From Octopus sinensis (Eukaryota): a stretch of 64,000 bases of DNA. The translations under genes and the position numbers were made by a program. The notes under the pieces were generated by a model that saw only the letters and a list, made by a program, of their open reading frames with translations, made no database searches and had not been told where the DNA came from. Where the stretch lies: assembly GCF_006345805.1 (NCBI RefSeq), contig NC_043005.1, forward strand, positions 43,028,001 through 43,092,000, written 5' to 3'. Below, one piece after another: positions 28,119-41,437 of the stretch. How positions within the stretch are numbered: position 1 is the stretch's first letter; each line of letters opens with the position of its first letter.

Positions 28119-28449
28119 GGCGCATGGCTCAGTGGTTAGAGCGTCGAGCTTACGATCGTGAGGTTGTGAGTTCGATTCCCGATCCGGGCTGTGTATTGTG
28201 CTCTTGAGCAAGACACTTAATTTCACGTTGCTCCAGTTAACTCAGCTGTAGAAATGAGTTGCGACGTCACTGGTGCCAAGCTGTATCGGCCTTTGCCTTT
28301 CATTTGGATAATATCAGTGGTGTGGAGAGTGGAGGCCGGTATGCATGGGCGACTGCTGGCCTTCCACAAACAACCTTGCCCGGACTTATGCCTCAGAGAG
28401 TAACTTTCTAGGTGCAATCCCATGGTCATTCATGACTGAAGGGAGTCTC
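28119..28449 (+). mobile_element. Full-length SINE family D with a long TSD
   Basis: A/B boxes; flanking 22 bp direct repeat (20/22 identical) at 28095-28116 and 28453-28474. Confidence 0.92.
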
Positions 28450-28485
28450 CTCCTATTATTAAGAACTATATGTTTTGTGTAATGC

Positions 28486-28705
28486 AAGGCGGTGAGTTGG
28501 CAGAATCGCTAGCGCACCGGGCGCAATGCTCATCAGCATTTCATCTGTCTGCACGTTCTGAGTTCAAATTCCGCCGTGGTCGACTTTACCTTTCACCTTT
28601 TCGGGGGTCGATAAAATAAGTACCATTTGAAAACTGTGATCGATATAACCCACTTACCCGCTCCTCAGATATTGCTGGCCTCGTGCCAAAATTTGAAGAC
28701 AATAT
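28486..28705 (+). mobile_element. SINE family B
   Basis: Head and body match other copies. Confidence 0.85.
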
Positions 28706-28795
28706 TTTGTATATTGTAAAAATATAAACAATTTATTGCTCATACATTTTATATGGACCCTTCTCCGTAAGGGACATGTGGACCTCCAAAAGTCA

Positions 28796-29232
28796 TACTC
28801 TTTACTCTTTACTCTTTTACTTGTTTTAGTCATTTGACTGTGGCCATGCTGGAGCACCGCCTTTAGTCGAGCAAATCGATCCCGGGACTTATTCTTTGTA
28901 AACCCAGTACTTATTCTATCGGTCTCTTTTGCCGAACCGCTAAGTCACAGGGACGTAAACACACCAGCATCGGTTGTCAAGAAATGCTAGGGGGACAAAC
29001 ACAGACACAAAAACACACACACATATATATATATATATATAATATATATATATATATATACATATATACGACAGGCTTCTTTCAGTTTCCGTCTAACAAA
29101 TCCACTCACAAGGCATTGGTCGGCCCGGGGCTATAGCAGAAAACACTTGCCCAAGATGCCACGCAGTGGGACTGATACCCGGAACCATGTGGTTGGTTAG
29201 CAAGCTACTTACCACACGGCCACTCCTGCGCC
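28796..29232 (-). mobile_element. Full-length SINE family A
   Basis: (CTTTTA)n tail through to head CCACTCCTGCGCC. Confidence 0.92.
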
Positions 29233-29721
29233 TATGGACCGCGGCTGAGAACCATAGCCCTAATGCAAGAAGTTTTGTTTGTAACCCAGGGAAAGATCTC
29301 GACAAAGCAGTTATTGACACAATAGTGCTATTTATAATAACTTTATGAAACTATTCCGATGACCGAGTTAGTCAATAACTTTGTTTCTCAACCTTACTTG
29401 TTCTACACCTTAAGTCAAGTCTCCAGTAAGAGATGCACCCCACAATGAACAAAGACATTTATTACAGCAAGTAGAAAATTTATGGCAAGTTTTATGCACT
29501 AGTTGCTTACTTGTGCTCCATTCTGCAATCACCCACGCCCCTTCAAAATATTGCTTACGCCCTACTTTAAGAACGACCGGTTCTTTAATACTAGTTTCCA
29601 GTTAGCTCTTTATGGCTTTGTGTTGTGTAACAAAAGATTTCATACAGCGAGCGCCGTGTAGCAAAAGACTTTCCACCTGAAATTTGGGAGAGGCGGAATA
29701 ATCAAGTCTTTTCTACAATAG

Positions 29722-29920
29722 GCACAATTTTAGGGGAGGGGCACGGTCGATTTCATAAATCCCAGTGCTCAACTGGTATTTATTTTATTTATTTTATTTA
29801 CCCTGAAAGGATGAAAGGCAGGGTCGACCTCGGTCGCATGTTAACTCAGAACGTGTAGACGAGCGAAATGCCGCTAAGCATTTTGCCCAGCGTGCTAACG
29901 ATTCTGCCAGCTCGCCGCCT
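29722..29920 (-). mobile_element. SINE family B
   Basis: Reverse complement of the family-B consensus seen in this window. Confidence 0.85.
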
Positions 29921-31125
29921 TGATAATCAATTATATCGGCTCCAATACTTGACAGGTACTATATTTTATTGATCCAGGAGGGTAACAATAAATTTGAACT
30001 GAGTGGATTTGAACTCAAAACTTAAAGAATTGTCGCAAATACCACAAGGTACTTTGGCGGACACTGTAACGATTCTGCCAATCAGCCGGTCTCAACTATT
30101 CATTTCAGAAACGTTCTTAATCAAGCTAAAACCATAGCTTAAGCATTTCAGCTAAACGTTTGTTGGTTATGATGTGTACGCATACTCTTACTCTTTACTC
30201 TTTTACTTGTTTCAGCCATTTGACTGCGGCCATGCTGGAGCACCATGCGATAAATATATCTCATTTGCTCTCCGTTGTAAATGAACAAGTATCAAGCATC
30301 TTGGCTACGGCCACAGAGCAATACCAGTGTCAGGATACGAAACCTCGACTCCACTAACTCAGTCAAAATTACTCACCATTAAGTCAATTGGAAATTACAC
30401 TAGGTCTTCTATTTTTAATATAATTCCATTTATTTCTAAGATGAGTAAAGGAAAATTTAAATAGGATCAATATGCGTGTCATTTTAAATGGTATTTTATC
30501 GACATTTGAAGGGGGAAAATGGAGTTTGTTCGAGGAGAATTGAACCAAGAACCAAAACAGGGTTGCATATTTTTGTTCGACGCCTTGATGATTCTGCCAG
30601 TTCACCTTCCTCAGAGTATTTCATGGAGCCAATAAGGAAATCTTCCATACACTCGATTGACTGTTTGAAAAAACAGATTCATATAAGGCTCCCTCAAAAC
30701 CTATTCTACCATCTTTGAAAGAGAAGAACACATGAAATAATGCAGTCCTAGGATACGCTACACGTCAGGAAATGTGGGTTGGCCACAATTGGAACTCTTT
30801 GATAACAAATCTACTTATTCAGAGGTTCTGTGATGCTGAACAGAATATATTTTGCTTATTGCTTATTGTAACACTCTGTGTCCTGTCATCATTTATAGAT
30901 AAACAGATCCATCCCAGTTTTTAACATGGAAAGTGAGTGATGAAGTATCTAAGAACTATATAATACTCACTTAAAATTGAGACTTATAATTGTATATGAG
31001 GCTAGTTGTGCTTATTAACCAAAGTTATTACAAGACACACGAGCGTATAAAATATATTCTAATTTTTCTAATCAATGCCTAAGAAAGTCTTAATGGACTG
31101 GGTTTTTGTTTTTCACGGTAACAAC

Positions 31126-31414
31126 CAGGGGGGGACTGGGTCTAAAAATATTGGTTGCCAGGAGACTAAAGAGGCCCACCCGCAACTACAATGTTATCAT
31201 TATTTTTTTTGTTTTTCTTTTTTTCTTTGTTAAAAGTATTCTTTTCAACTTTCTACAAACACAGCCAGGCTGAAATAATGCATTCTTCCAGGAGTGAATA
31301 AAAAATTCTCAAACTTGAGGAGAAGATACTAACAGGGTCCTCATAAATGGATTCTAATGTAGTAGGGGCCCACTTGCCATCGGGAAAGCGGGCAACCTGG
31401 CCAGTCAGCCGCTG
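31126..31414. mobile_element. hAT-superfamily MITE
   Basis: TIR-like ends CAGGGGGGGACTGG / CCAGTCAGCCGCTG, with a perfect 8 bp TSD GTAACAAC at 31118-31125 and 31415-31422 (8 bp TSD is diagnostic of hAT). Confidence 0.9.
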
Positions 31415-32089
31415 GTAACAACGCAATTTAAGTTACCTTGCAACTTGAATGATTAAAGAGATCCCTAAAACTGAAGGCAAATAGGAAAGAGAAGTAGGGA
31501 GAGGGAGAGAGAGACAGAGAGACAGTGACAGACAGATAGATAGATAGACAGACAGAAGGATGGAGAGAGAGAAAATAATAATTTTAGATAAGGAAATACA
31601 GCAGCAAGTATGGGTGTGTGCTTTAGGGTTTCGCTTCGCAACCACGTGTTTTAAGGTACACTCATACTACGTGGTACCATAGTTTCAAATAGACATCTTC
31701 GATCTATATTATTCTTTAATCAATCGCAACAGAAGTAGTAATTGATGCCAAAATGCAATATTCATCTCAACGTAAATGTGGATGATGCTCTGCTGAAACA
31801 TAAAATGCTGCGTTATTTACCATGTGAGAACCTTTCACATACACATATAGTGCATGTAAGCACTCGTGTTTATATCGCCAGCGGGAAATAATTGTCCGCT
31901 ACCGCCGATGGATCCACTATTCATTCATAACATTCTTTGACGAGCAAAACGCCCCCCGTTTTGCTGAGTTGTCAAACATTTAAACCAAATTTTCTCAAAA
32001 CAACCTGTCCGACCGTCCCATAGGCCTCCCCTTTGAGAAACACTGATGTAACCTAAATTTGAGACACCAGCAAAAGAAGAATTAAAGAT

Positions 32090-32316
32090 AGACTTTTTTC
32101 TATTCCAAGAAAAACGATTTTACAAATGCATGTTCCCGCGGCTTTATCGATCGCATTTTCACCTGGAATCGATTTTTGTAATTTTTTCAAGACTTATACA
32201 CGCCCTAATACCGTCGGTATCTACATATCAAATTTGAGCGCAATCGGATGGAGGATGCCCGAGATCCTAGAAGACACACACACACAGACACAGAGAACGT
32301 ATTTTATATAATAGAT
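32090..32316 (+). mobile_element. Possible non-autonomous Helitron-related (Lep1/HINE-like) 3' end
   Basis: AAATTTGAGCGCAATCGG motif, (AC/ACAG) microsatellite and terminal TTTTATATAATAGAT resemble that architecture. The 5' end was not located. Confidence 0.4.
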
Positions 32317-32690
32317 ATTCTATGCATGAAACACACACACATGCATTAGTGTGTGTTCGTCTCCTTCATCCTTATTATTTATAAGATTTCACCATTTCTT
32401 GTATGTTGTGTAAAATTTCGCTTAGAATAATTCTCAAGCAGTTTGAACTTCTGATACATACTATCTTGAATTTTCAGTTTCCGCGATACATTTCGATTAG
32501 GGAGATAAGAAAAAGGAGGAAACTCAGTATTCAAATCAACTGAGTTTGATTATATTTCCCCAAACTGATACGCTCTATTAATAATATATACTTTCATATT
32601 TCCGGTTACTGATCAGTGTAATTTATGAAGTGGATGGGGTGGAGAAATATTTTCTCGCCTACACTGATTTCAGTGGGATATATTATATAT

Positions 32691-32928
32691 ATAACGGGAA
32701 GCTTTATGAAAATAAACAAAAGACGAAGGCAGGTTTACGGAAATAAACAAAAGACGAAGGCAGGTGGAATACAAACAAACAATTGTATTAGTATGGCGCT
32801 CAGGAATATAAATAAAACAAGTCTTTTACGTTTCGAGCCTACGCTCTTCAACAGAAAGATACACAGAGAAGAAACACAGAAAGGAGAGAAACTAAATGCG
32901 TGCAGAGGCTAGCGAATCAACATGGCAA

Positions 32929-32930
<2 letters not shown>
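32691..32930 (-). mobile_element. Second copy of the short hammerhead-motif element, flanked by TA-rich runs
   Basis: Near-identical to 11653-11870. Motif at 32822-32859; internal ~31 bp tandem duplication at 32710-32764. Confidence 0.75.
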
Positions 32931-32995
<65 letters not shown>

Positions 32996-33165
32996 GTTTA
33001 TATATTCGTTTTGCAAGATTCTTGATGTGAAATCGTGTGTTGAAACGGATATTGTTGTATTTGGGGACGGTCATGTTGCCAGTTTAGCCAATAATACACA
33101 CGCACTATATATTTGGCGTTAATTTGCTTCAGCTTTATTTTAATTTTTTACATTAATCGTATTTC

Positions 33166-33210
33166 GGCCAGAGTTCTTTCGTCACACTTCTGTGACATCA
33201 TCAGTGATCC
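33166..33210 (-). ncRNA. Minimal type I hammerhead-ribozyme-like motif downstream of a PLE GIY-YIG ORF
   Basis: Minus strand: GGATCA CTGATGA T GTCACA gaag TGTGAC GAAA G AA C TC TGGCC. Intact CUGAUGA/GAAA core, 6 bp stem II, imperfect stem I. Confidence 0.6.
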
Positions 33211-33589
33211 TTTACTTTCTTCTTTCTTATTTGTGTGTCTTTCCTTACTAACGGTCAGCCATTTTGTATTTTTGTATTCCCGTTGTATGTGTCTTTATTT
33301 GCGCAAGCGTATACCCCTATGTATGTCTATGTTTAGTAAGTGCGTGTGGGGGGGGGGAGTGCCTATATTATCTGTATCCGCTGTTTATACACGTTCGTTT
33401 AATTTGTTTTTATTTATTTTCTTCATGTGTTTATAACTACTTATTTTTTATTCTTTCTTTTTTGTATTTAATTTGATTTAATTTTGTTAATATATATAGT
33501 TATTTACTTCCATTTGTTTATCTGTGTATTTTATTATGATTTTAGTTTTGTTTATATTGTTATCAGTTTATGGGGATCTTATTCTGTCA

Positions 33590-33990
33590 TATGTTGTGGT
33601 GTGTTGGCGGGGTGCTAGTGTTCCATTCCAGTTTCCTATTCAGGATAGTTTTATCTTCTATTATGTGTGTAGCTTCTATAATTTGTCTAAGCGTTGTGTC
33701 TGTTCTATGTGTGGACAAGATTTTAACCTCTATGTTGTTGAGTGATCCCCCCGTGTTCCTGCTGATATAGAACCGATGAGTTCTCTTCCTTAAGTTCCCT
33801 CCAATGCGCATTTACCCGCTCTCCTATGCTCCGTGCTTTTCCCCCAACGTACGTCGTTGTCTTGTTACTGCACCGTGATGGCAGACCGCTTTGGGGATGG
33901 GGATTCTCATTTACTGCTAAGTGGGCTGGAGCAGCTGATACATGCTGAAGACCACAACGCATCACCGATCTTGGAATAGAAATCATGAAC
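33590..33990 (-). pseudogene. Penelope-like element GIY-YIG C-terminal fragment
   Basis: CSNKTTTYVG..ARSIGERVNAHWRELK, then IEVKILST...LRQIIEATHIIEDKTILNRKLEWN (YIG-like motif, R, catalytic E, terminal N). Confidence 0.8.
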
Positions 33991-34176
33991 TTTTGGTCGT
34001 GGAAGTAACACTCTAATCCCTAGGCCATTGCCACACATACACACACACACAGATGTATACATACATGGAGGTACCCCAAAATAACCGCAAACGTTATCTG
34101 TGACAAGCCCGTTGTAGTTCAGGCTAGTGTGTGTCTGTGTATGTACTTGTGTATGCGTGTGTGTGCGCGCGCGCGT

Positions 34177-34382
34177 GTATAAATATATATATAGTTGCAG
34201 GCGTGGCTGTGTGGTAAGAAGGTTGATGTTCAATCATATGGTCCCGGGGTCAGTCCCACTGCGTGACACCCTGGGCCGTGTATAAATATATATATAGTTG
34301 CAGGCGTGGCTGTGTGGTAAGAAGGTTGATGTTCAATCATATGGTCGCGGGGTCAGTCCTACTGCGTGACACCTTGGGCCGT
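34177..34382 (+). repeat. 103 bp tandem duplication of a SINE family A head
   Basis: Two copies starting at 34177 and 34280, differing by 3 substitutions. Confidence 0.92.
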
Positions 34383-34779
34383 TACAACCTCGAGCAGACC
34401 AGCCTCTACTACAGCCTGTAGCGGACCAGAACCTTGTAAGTAGACTTTGTAAACGGATTGACGAAATCTGTATTTATATGTATGCATCTATGTATGTATG
34501 TGTGTGTGTGTTTGTGTTGCGCCTGCGCTTGTGTCTCCATCACTGCTTGACAACCGGTGTTGCTGTGTTAACGATCTCGAGTATGCTCATATCAATCGGA
34601 ACAGAAATTAGCTGGATTGTACAGGGCCACACAATGAGCAAGTGTGTAATATCTTAGCCTCAAGTCAGTGCAAATCATTTTACAGTATTGTGCTATGGTA
34701 TTAAGTTAAATATGTACGTATTTCTTTAATACTCGTCCACCGCCGAATCGAGATACTTTCTCAATAATGTGTGCGTTTA

Positions 34780-35110
34780 TATGTAGGATCACTCCGTCGG
34801 TTACGACGACGAGGATCCCAGCTGATACGATCATCGGAACAGCCTGCTAATGAAATTAACGTGCAAATGACTGAGCAATCCACAGACACGCGTACCCCTA
34901 ACGTAGTTCTCAGGGAGATTCAGCGTGACACAGAGAGTGACAAGGCCGGCCCTTTGAAATACAAGTACTACTCATTTTTTGCCAGCTGAGGGGACTGGAG
35001 CAACGTGAAATAAAGTGTCTTGCTCAAGGACACAATGCATCGCCGGGAATTGAACTCACGACCTTACAATCGTGAGCCGAATGCTCTAACCCCTAAGCCA
35101 CGCGCCTTCA
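34780..35110 (-). mobile_element. SINE with a family-C tail and a D-like head
   Basis: CACTCCGTCGGTTACGACGACGAGG tail; minus-strand A/B boxes near 35050-35105. Confidence 0.8.
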
Positions 35111-35459
35111 CACGCGTTTATATGTATTAGTTATTTAAAGGACACAATACATGTTTTTAAGTGCTACTTGTAGTTTCATATGTTGAGAAATATCTCACAC
35201 ATATTGATCAGACACAAAGGTATGTATTGAGTCCTTTCAATAAATATTTATCTCTCACCTAATGGAGTTACTTTTCTGTTGAATATAGGCGGAAGCATAG
35301 GTGCATGGTATGAAGCTTGCTTCCCAGCCACATGGTTCCGGGTTCAGTCTCACTGCGTGGCATTTTGGGCAAGTGTCTCTATTCTAGCCGTGGACCGACC
35401 GAAGCCTTGTGAATGCATTTGGCAAACAAAAACTGAAAGAAGACCATCGTATTTGCATT

Positions 35460-35502
<43 letters not shown>

Positions 35503-35540
35503 GTGTGTGTGTGTGTGTGTCTGTGTCTGTGTGTGTGTCT

Positions 35541-35574
<34 letters not shown>

Positions 35575-35632
35575 CTGTGTGTGTGTGTCTGTGTGTCTGT
35601 GTGTGTGTCTGTGTGTGTGTGTCTGTGTGTGT

Positions 35633-35666
<34 letters not shown>

Positions 35667-35830
35667 TATATTTGTTGGCCCAGCCTTCTTACATTCTATG
35701 TCACGCTGTATCTCCGTGAGAACTACATAAAGAATACGCCTGTTTTGGGAGTGATCAGCAACTTGCTTGTTAATTTCATGAGCAGGCTGTTCCATTGATC
35801 GGATCAACTGGAACACACATCAATTTTGTC

Positions 35831-36199
35831 GACGAGCTGGCAGAATCATAAGCACGCCGGGCAAAATACTTAGCGGTATTTCGTCTGCCGCTACGTTCTG
35901 AGTTTCATCCTTTCGGGGTCGATTAAATAAGTACCAGTTACGCACTGGGGTCGATATAATCGACTTAATCCGTTTGTCTGTCCTTGTTTGTCCTCTCTGT
36001 GTTTAGCCCCTTGTGAGGAGTAAAGAAATAGGCATTTCGTCCGTCTTCACGTTTTGAGTTCAAATTCCGCTGAGGTCGACTTTGCCTTTCTTACTTTCGG
36101 GGTCGATAAATTAAGTACCAGTGAAACACTGGGGTTGATGTAATCGACTAGTCACTTCCCACCAAACTTCAGGCCTTGTATCTTTAGTAGAAATTATTA

Positions 36200-36200
<1 letters not shown>
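35831..36200 (+). mobile_element. Two adjacent SINE family B copies
   Basis: Bodies at 35831-36032 and 36033-36200. Confidence 0.85.
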
Positions 36201-36260
<60 letters not shown>

Positions 36261-36367
36261 TATTATTATTATGGACTCACACACATGCCTGAATATATAA
36301 GTAGGCACGTTGGTGTAATAGTTAGCACACTTAACAGGAGAATGAGAAGTGTGGGTTCAATATATAT

Positions 36368-36865
36368 ATAGGGTGCGATGAATAAACTGTCGTCTAAATT
36401 ACGCAAAAATGAAAATAACACTGACATTTTAACAGATTCATTTTTCCAAAATTACATAAAAATATCTTAAAATACTAAAGAGTAAATTTATTCAATAAAA
36501 TCGTCATTGATTTCAATCACCGCCTCCAGACAACCTCGGAATCTCCTGCTACTCTTCTGAACGCTCACCTTCTTTAAGTTGGTGAATGCTGCCATAACCC
36601 TTGCCTTCAGTTCATCTTCGGTTGTTACAAAGAGATTTTGTTTTTGGTCTCTTGCTCAACTGTGCCCCACACATAATAATCAAGGGGGTTGCAAGCTGGG
36701 GAGTTAGGTGGTCAGATGTTAGGGGTGGTGTGGACGAAGAAATTGTCTGACAGCCATGACTGGATTCTCCTGCTTATGTGGCATGGTGCACAGTCCTATT
36801 GCTAGACATAAGGTCTTCCAGCAGCCATCCTCTTCACCCAGGGTAGCACTGCCTCCTCCAAGCAA
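36368..36865 (-). pseudogene. Tc1/mariner DD37D (maT) transposase C-terminal remnant plus right end
   Basis: LPWVKRMAAGRPYV*Q*DCAPCH...*PPNSPACNPLDYYVWG...FRGCLEAVIEINDDFIE*; 37 residues between the second and third catalytic Asp; in-frame stops. Confidence 0.9.
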
Positions 36866-37224
36866 CTTTGGGACGAATTGGCCAACAGTTGGAATTCACC
36901 TTGGTACTGGAACAATAAAATGATTGCATTGCAGAATTAATTCTCATCCGTCCTTAACTTCCGATCAAACACCATTGGAGCATATGATCAATGCAGACGT
37001 ATTAGAGTCATGGTTTCTTTTAATTTTGGGCCGCAGGCTCAGTTAGCCCTCGACAGGAGTTATCTTAAAAATCCGCAGGGAGTGCGGCTTTTAAGCTAGT
37101 ATATACACATAAACAAAATGAAACAAATAGACAAGAGGAGTGTGTTGTTTGTTCGTGGTTCGTGAGTAGTGTGTTCGATTTTGTTAATATGCATCGAGCT
37201 GCTTCTAAATCACATTTGAAACGT

Positions 37225-37307
<83 letters not shown>

Positions 37308-37683
37308 TTGAGTGTGCGTGTGTATACACACATACATGCTTACAGGCATGCATATATATATATATATGATGTATACATTAACAGTCAACAGATGAGATCC
37401 AGAGATTCTCTATATAGAAAACAGTTAGGAGCGGTCAAATGATTCGAACTCAGCTCAGACTCCGATGTTTTTTGCCAGGGACCAATTCCGAGGTGTAGAG
37501 AGTAGCCATAAGTAGAATTCAAGGTGAGGAGGTATGGAGGCAATTATGCGGATAATCAAATAAAATATAAACAGCTTGGGTTTGTTATACAAAATAGTTC
37601 AAGTTCGAAACATTTCAGCGCTACTAAGCGTTTTCTATATATTTGATGTATATACATACATCCACACACACACAGGCATATAC

Positions 37684-37738
<55 letters not shown>

Positions 37739-37758
37739 CACATACATACATTCGCACG

Positions 37759-37794
<36 letters not shown>

Positions 37795-38521
37795 CATGCA
37801 TATGTATATACACATCGATACGAAGGTATATATATATACATACATGTGCATGCATTCATACATGTGTAACATTAATCAAGACCATAGCTAGTAGTGCATA
37901 AGACCCTTTAGTGCATAATTATTAGTGCATAAGGTTTATTCGAGCAGACGGTAGTTAGTTAATTACATCCGCGGTAAGGGACAGAATATTGTTCGGTATC
38001 CTATGTGTACGTGTGTTTGATACTATTCACGCAAATGCACAAGCGCACTAATACAAACACGCACATACACACACACATACACACATACACATACACAACG
38101 ACATACCCACAGATATGCACACAGACACACACATACATGTTCGTAGAGAGAGCTAGAAAAAAATACAGAAAGCGAGGCGTACATGGAGTCATATACACAT
38201 GCATACATGCATGTACAAGTATGTTTGTATGTAAATTATGTATGCATACATGTCTGTCTGTCTGTCTGCCTATGTATGTATGTATGTATGTATGTATGTA
38301 TGTATGTGTATATACAGAGAGACATCTATTTATCTATTTATAGACACACACATACACACACACATAGAAATGCAAAAGTATGTATGTATATGTGTGTGTA
38401 TACATACATAAGTATAAAGACAGATACACACACACTCACACACATACACACATATATGTATACACACACACACACACATATATGTACACACACACATATA
38501 TATGTATATACACACATATGT

Positions 38522-38558
<37 letters not shown>

Positions 38559-39428
38559 CATGTTTGTATGTATGCATGTGTGTATATATAAATATATTTA
38601 CTGCGAATACCTCAAGACTTTTGGACTTTCGTTAATTTAAAGTAACAAGATCATAATTTATTATTTTTATTATATTTTTTTTTTTTACTGTTTTTCTCTT
38701 TTTTTTTATTTTATTCCTTTTAGAACTGATGTCTGATTTTCGCTAACACATTGAATTGAAGCAAATAGTCTAGGCCGTCTCTCGTCTCGTCTTGGGTCTT
38801 TAGTAAATGTTGTAAATACTTTCCTTATTTTGTTTTCCTTCAAAAGCTTTAAACGGCTGTCTGCTTTTCAAGTTAGCTTGAAGCAATATAAGAATAAACT
38901 GACAGATATTTTATATATATATATATTCTACTAAATTAATTGCCTACCCTGTGTTATTACTGTCTAATAAAATCGACCCACCACCCGTATCAAACATAAA
39001 CACAGACATTTCTCTGTATATGTTGTGTGTTGCTGTGTATACGTGCGTAAAGCTGTGTATGAGACACAAAGAGACAGAGTGACAGCGAGACAGAGAGTGA
39101 GTGAGATTCGTAAGAAGGGTAAAGTACATATACGCCGTTGTTTATTTCCTCTTTTTATGTATACGAAAGAGAAGAAACGACCCAGGGGTAATATATAAAG
39201 GTATTCATTATTATTGATTTCTTTCAGTATGCCTGAGGCCATAATATGTGTTAGTGAGGTAAGTACAATCGATTAAATTGACTCCAGTATATCACTGGGT
39301 TTATTTTCTTGACCTCGAGGAGATGAAAGCAGGAGAGGAACCAATAATTCTATGCCTACCACCAGCAGTACTGTTTTAAATAGAAATTTAATGGTTTCTT
39401 CCCTACCTACTCCCTTTCTCCTTTTCAC

Positions 39429-39480
<52 letters not shown>

Positions 39481-39581
39481 TTTCTTATTTACTCCTGTTC
39501 TCTCTCTTCCTCTCAGTCGCTTTCTATCTCTCTCTCTCTCTTTCTCTGACGTTAAATAGTGATGATGATATGGTATATATG

Positions 39582-39613
<32 letters not shown>

Positions 39614-39628
39614 TACACACACACACAT

Positions 39629-39665
<37 letters not shown>

Positions 39666-39729
39666 CAGCATTCTCTTTCAAAATGGTTACCTCTCTCTCT
39701 TTTGTCACTCTCTCTCTCTCAATCTCTCT

Positions 39730-39779
<50 letters not shown>

Positions 39780-40487
39780 CTCCTCCTCTCTCTCACTCAC
39801 TCACTCTCTCCTCATTTTGCTTTCAAGACGGTAATTTTGCTGTTTCACTTCAAGCTCTTTCGCAACACTGATTGATTGTGTGTTCACCACTAATATGATA
39901 TCCGGGTTCAAAAAGGCAATAAAGTTTTAAATGAATTTTTATCTTTGAGAGAGAGATTACATATATTAACAGCTTGAATATCCGTGCCAGTAGTTAATTA
40001 TTAATCCTTCACTTCGACTCAGTACGTATAACTTTCGATTGATCTTCCAAATTTACTTCTCGACATGGACAATGGCGTCTTGGGCTATATTTACCGCCGC
40101 CATGTTCGATACGTATTTATTTCTATGTTTATTTGGTTTATTTTGTTGTCAGGTGTATCAAACTTTTTAGATTTGGTATTGATTGGTTAAGAGTATTAAA
40201 GGAATTCCGTTTCTTGTCTTTGCATAACGATAAGAGTCGAAGTAATACATAAGATGATGTATGTATCGTACTTACGATATGTTTGTGTTGATGCTTAATT
40301 CGCAGTCTGACATTTCGTTGAATGGACCGAACCTCAAGACAGCTAAAAAGATTACTCGACCTGCAAGAAATAGCAGCCAAATCTTACTCAAATCAAATCA
40401 CAGTCTAACATCTTAAATAACCGAAGGCTCGTGGGCGGCTTAGTGATTAAAGTATTGTACTCACGATCACAAAATAGTAGCTTAGAT

Positions 40488-40632
40488 GAGTGCTCCGCAA
40501 ACTTTTTTCACCTGCGGCAAAATTCTAAACTAAAAGTATAGGGAAAAAATTATATTCAGGTTACACTGCGGCACACCTAACATCGTCTCGTGGCACACCA
40601 ATGTGCCGCGACATACCAGTTGCGGAGCACTG
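40488..40632. mobile_element. Small hAT MITE
   Basis: Ends GAGTGCTCCGCAA / TTGCGGAGCACTG; 8 bp flanks GCTTAGAT / GTTTAGAT (7/8 identical). Confidence 0.8.
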
Positions 40633-41387
40633 GTTTAGATTCCCTGATCGGTCGGTGTGTTGTATTTTTGAGCAAAACACTTCATTTCACATTTTTCCAT
40701 TTCACTCACCTGTAACTGAGTAACCCGGTAACTGAGTAACCCGCTATCATGCAGTGAGACTGAACCCGAAATCATGTAGTTGGGAAGCAAGTTTCTTACC
40801 ACACAACCCCGCCTGCGCATATTGACAGAAGTGCCAGAAACTGTAGAAACTGAATGACTTGCAGTATGTAATCATTATGCCTTTTTCATGATAAGCATTT
40901 TTTTCTCTTTATGCCGATAAAATGTGTTGCTGCTGCTGCTGTTGTTGTTCTTGTTGTTGCTGTTGTTAAGCAACAAGACGGGTAAGGGTGATTAGGTGAT
41001 GGTCTAAGGCTTAGGGGCGGGAGACCCCAGACCTGGGAAAAAAAAACTTTGGTCGTCTTGTTGTAGTCGAGGGCTCTTTGTTGACGCCCCCCGACACTAC
41101 TGAGAGGTGGCTCTCGAGGTCGCTGGAAATGGAGATCTCCAGGTTCAAATTCTTGGTCACAGTCTTATGATTGAAACAAGTAAAATATAAAATATAAAAT
41201 TACTAAGTTGTTCGCTTCTATTTCTAACCAGTCCTGTTTGACTATTGGCCGGAGAGTCTGGCTATAGGTTAAAATAATTATCCTCCATGTTTTTGCTCCT
41301 CTGACTGAGAAGCAAAGCCTCTGTTGTTTGAATTAACTTCCTTCGTAAAAAACATTTCAATGTAACCAAGCGGTGGCGAGGAACAAA

Positions 41388-41437
<50 letters not shown>

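Noticed and set aside
39227-39259. Mini-exon with TTTCAG acceptor and GAG|GTAAGT donor
   Set aside because: It lies in a decayed antisense SINE B; no independent support.
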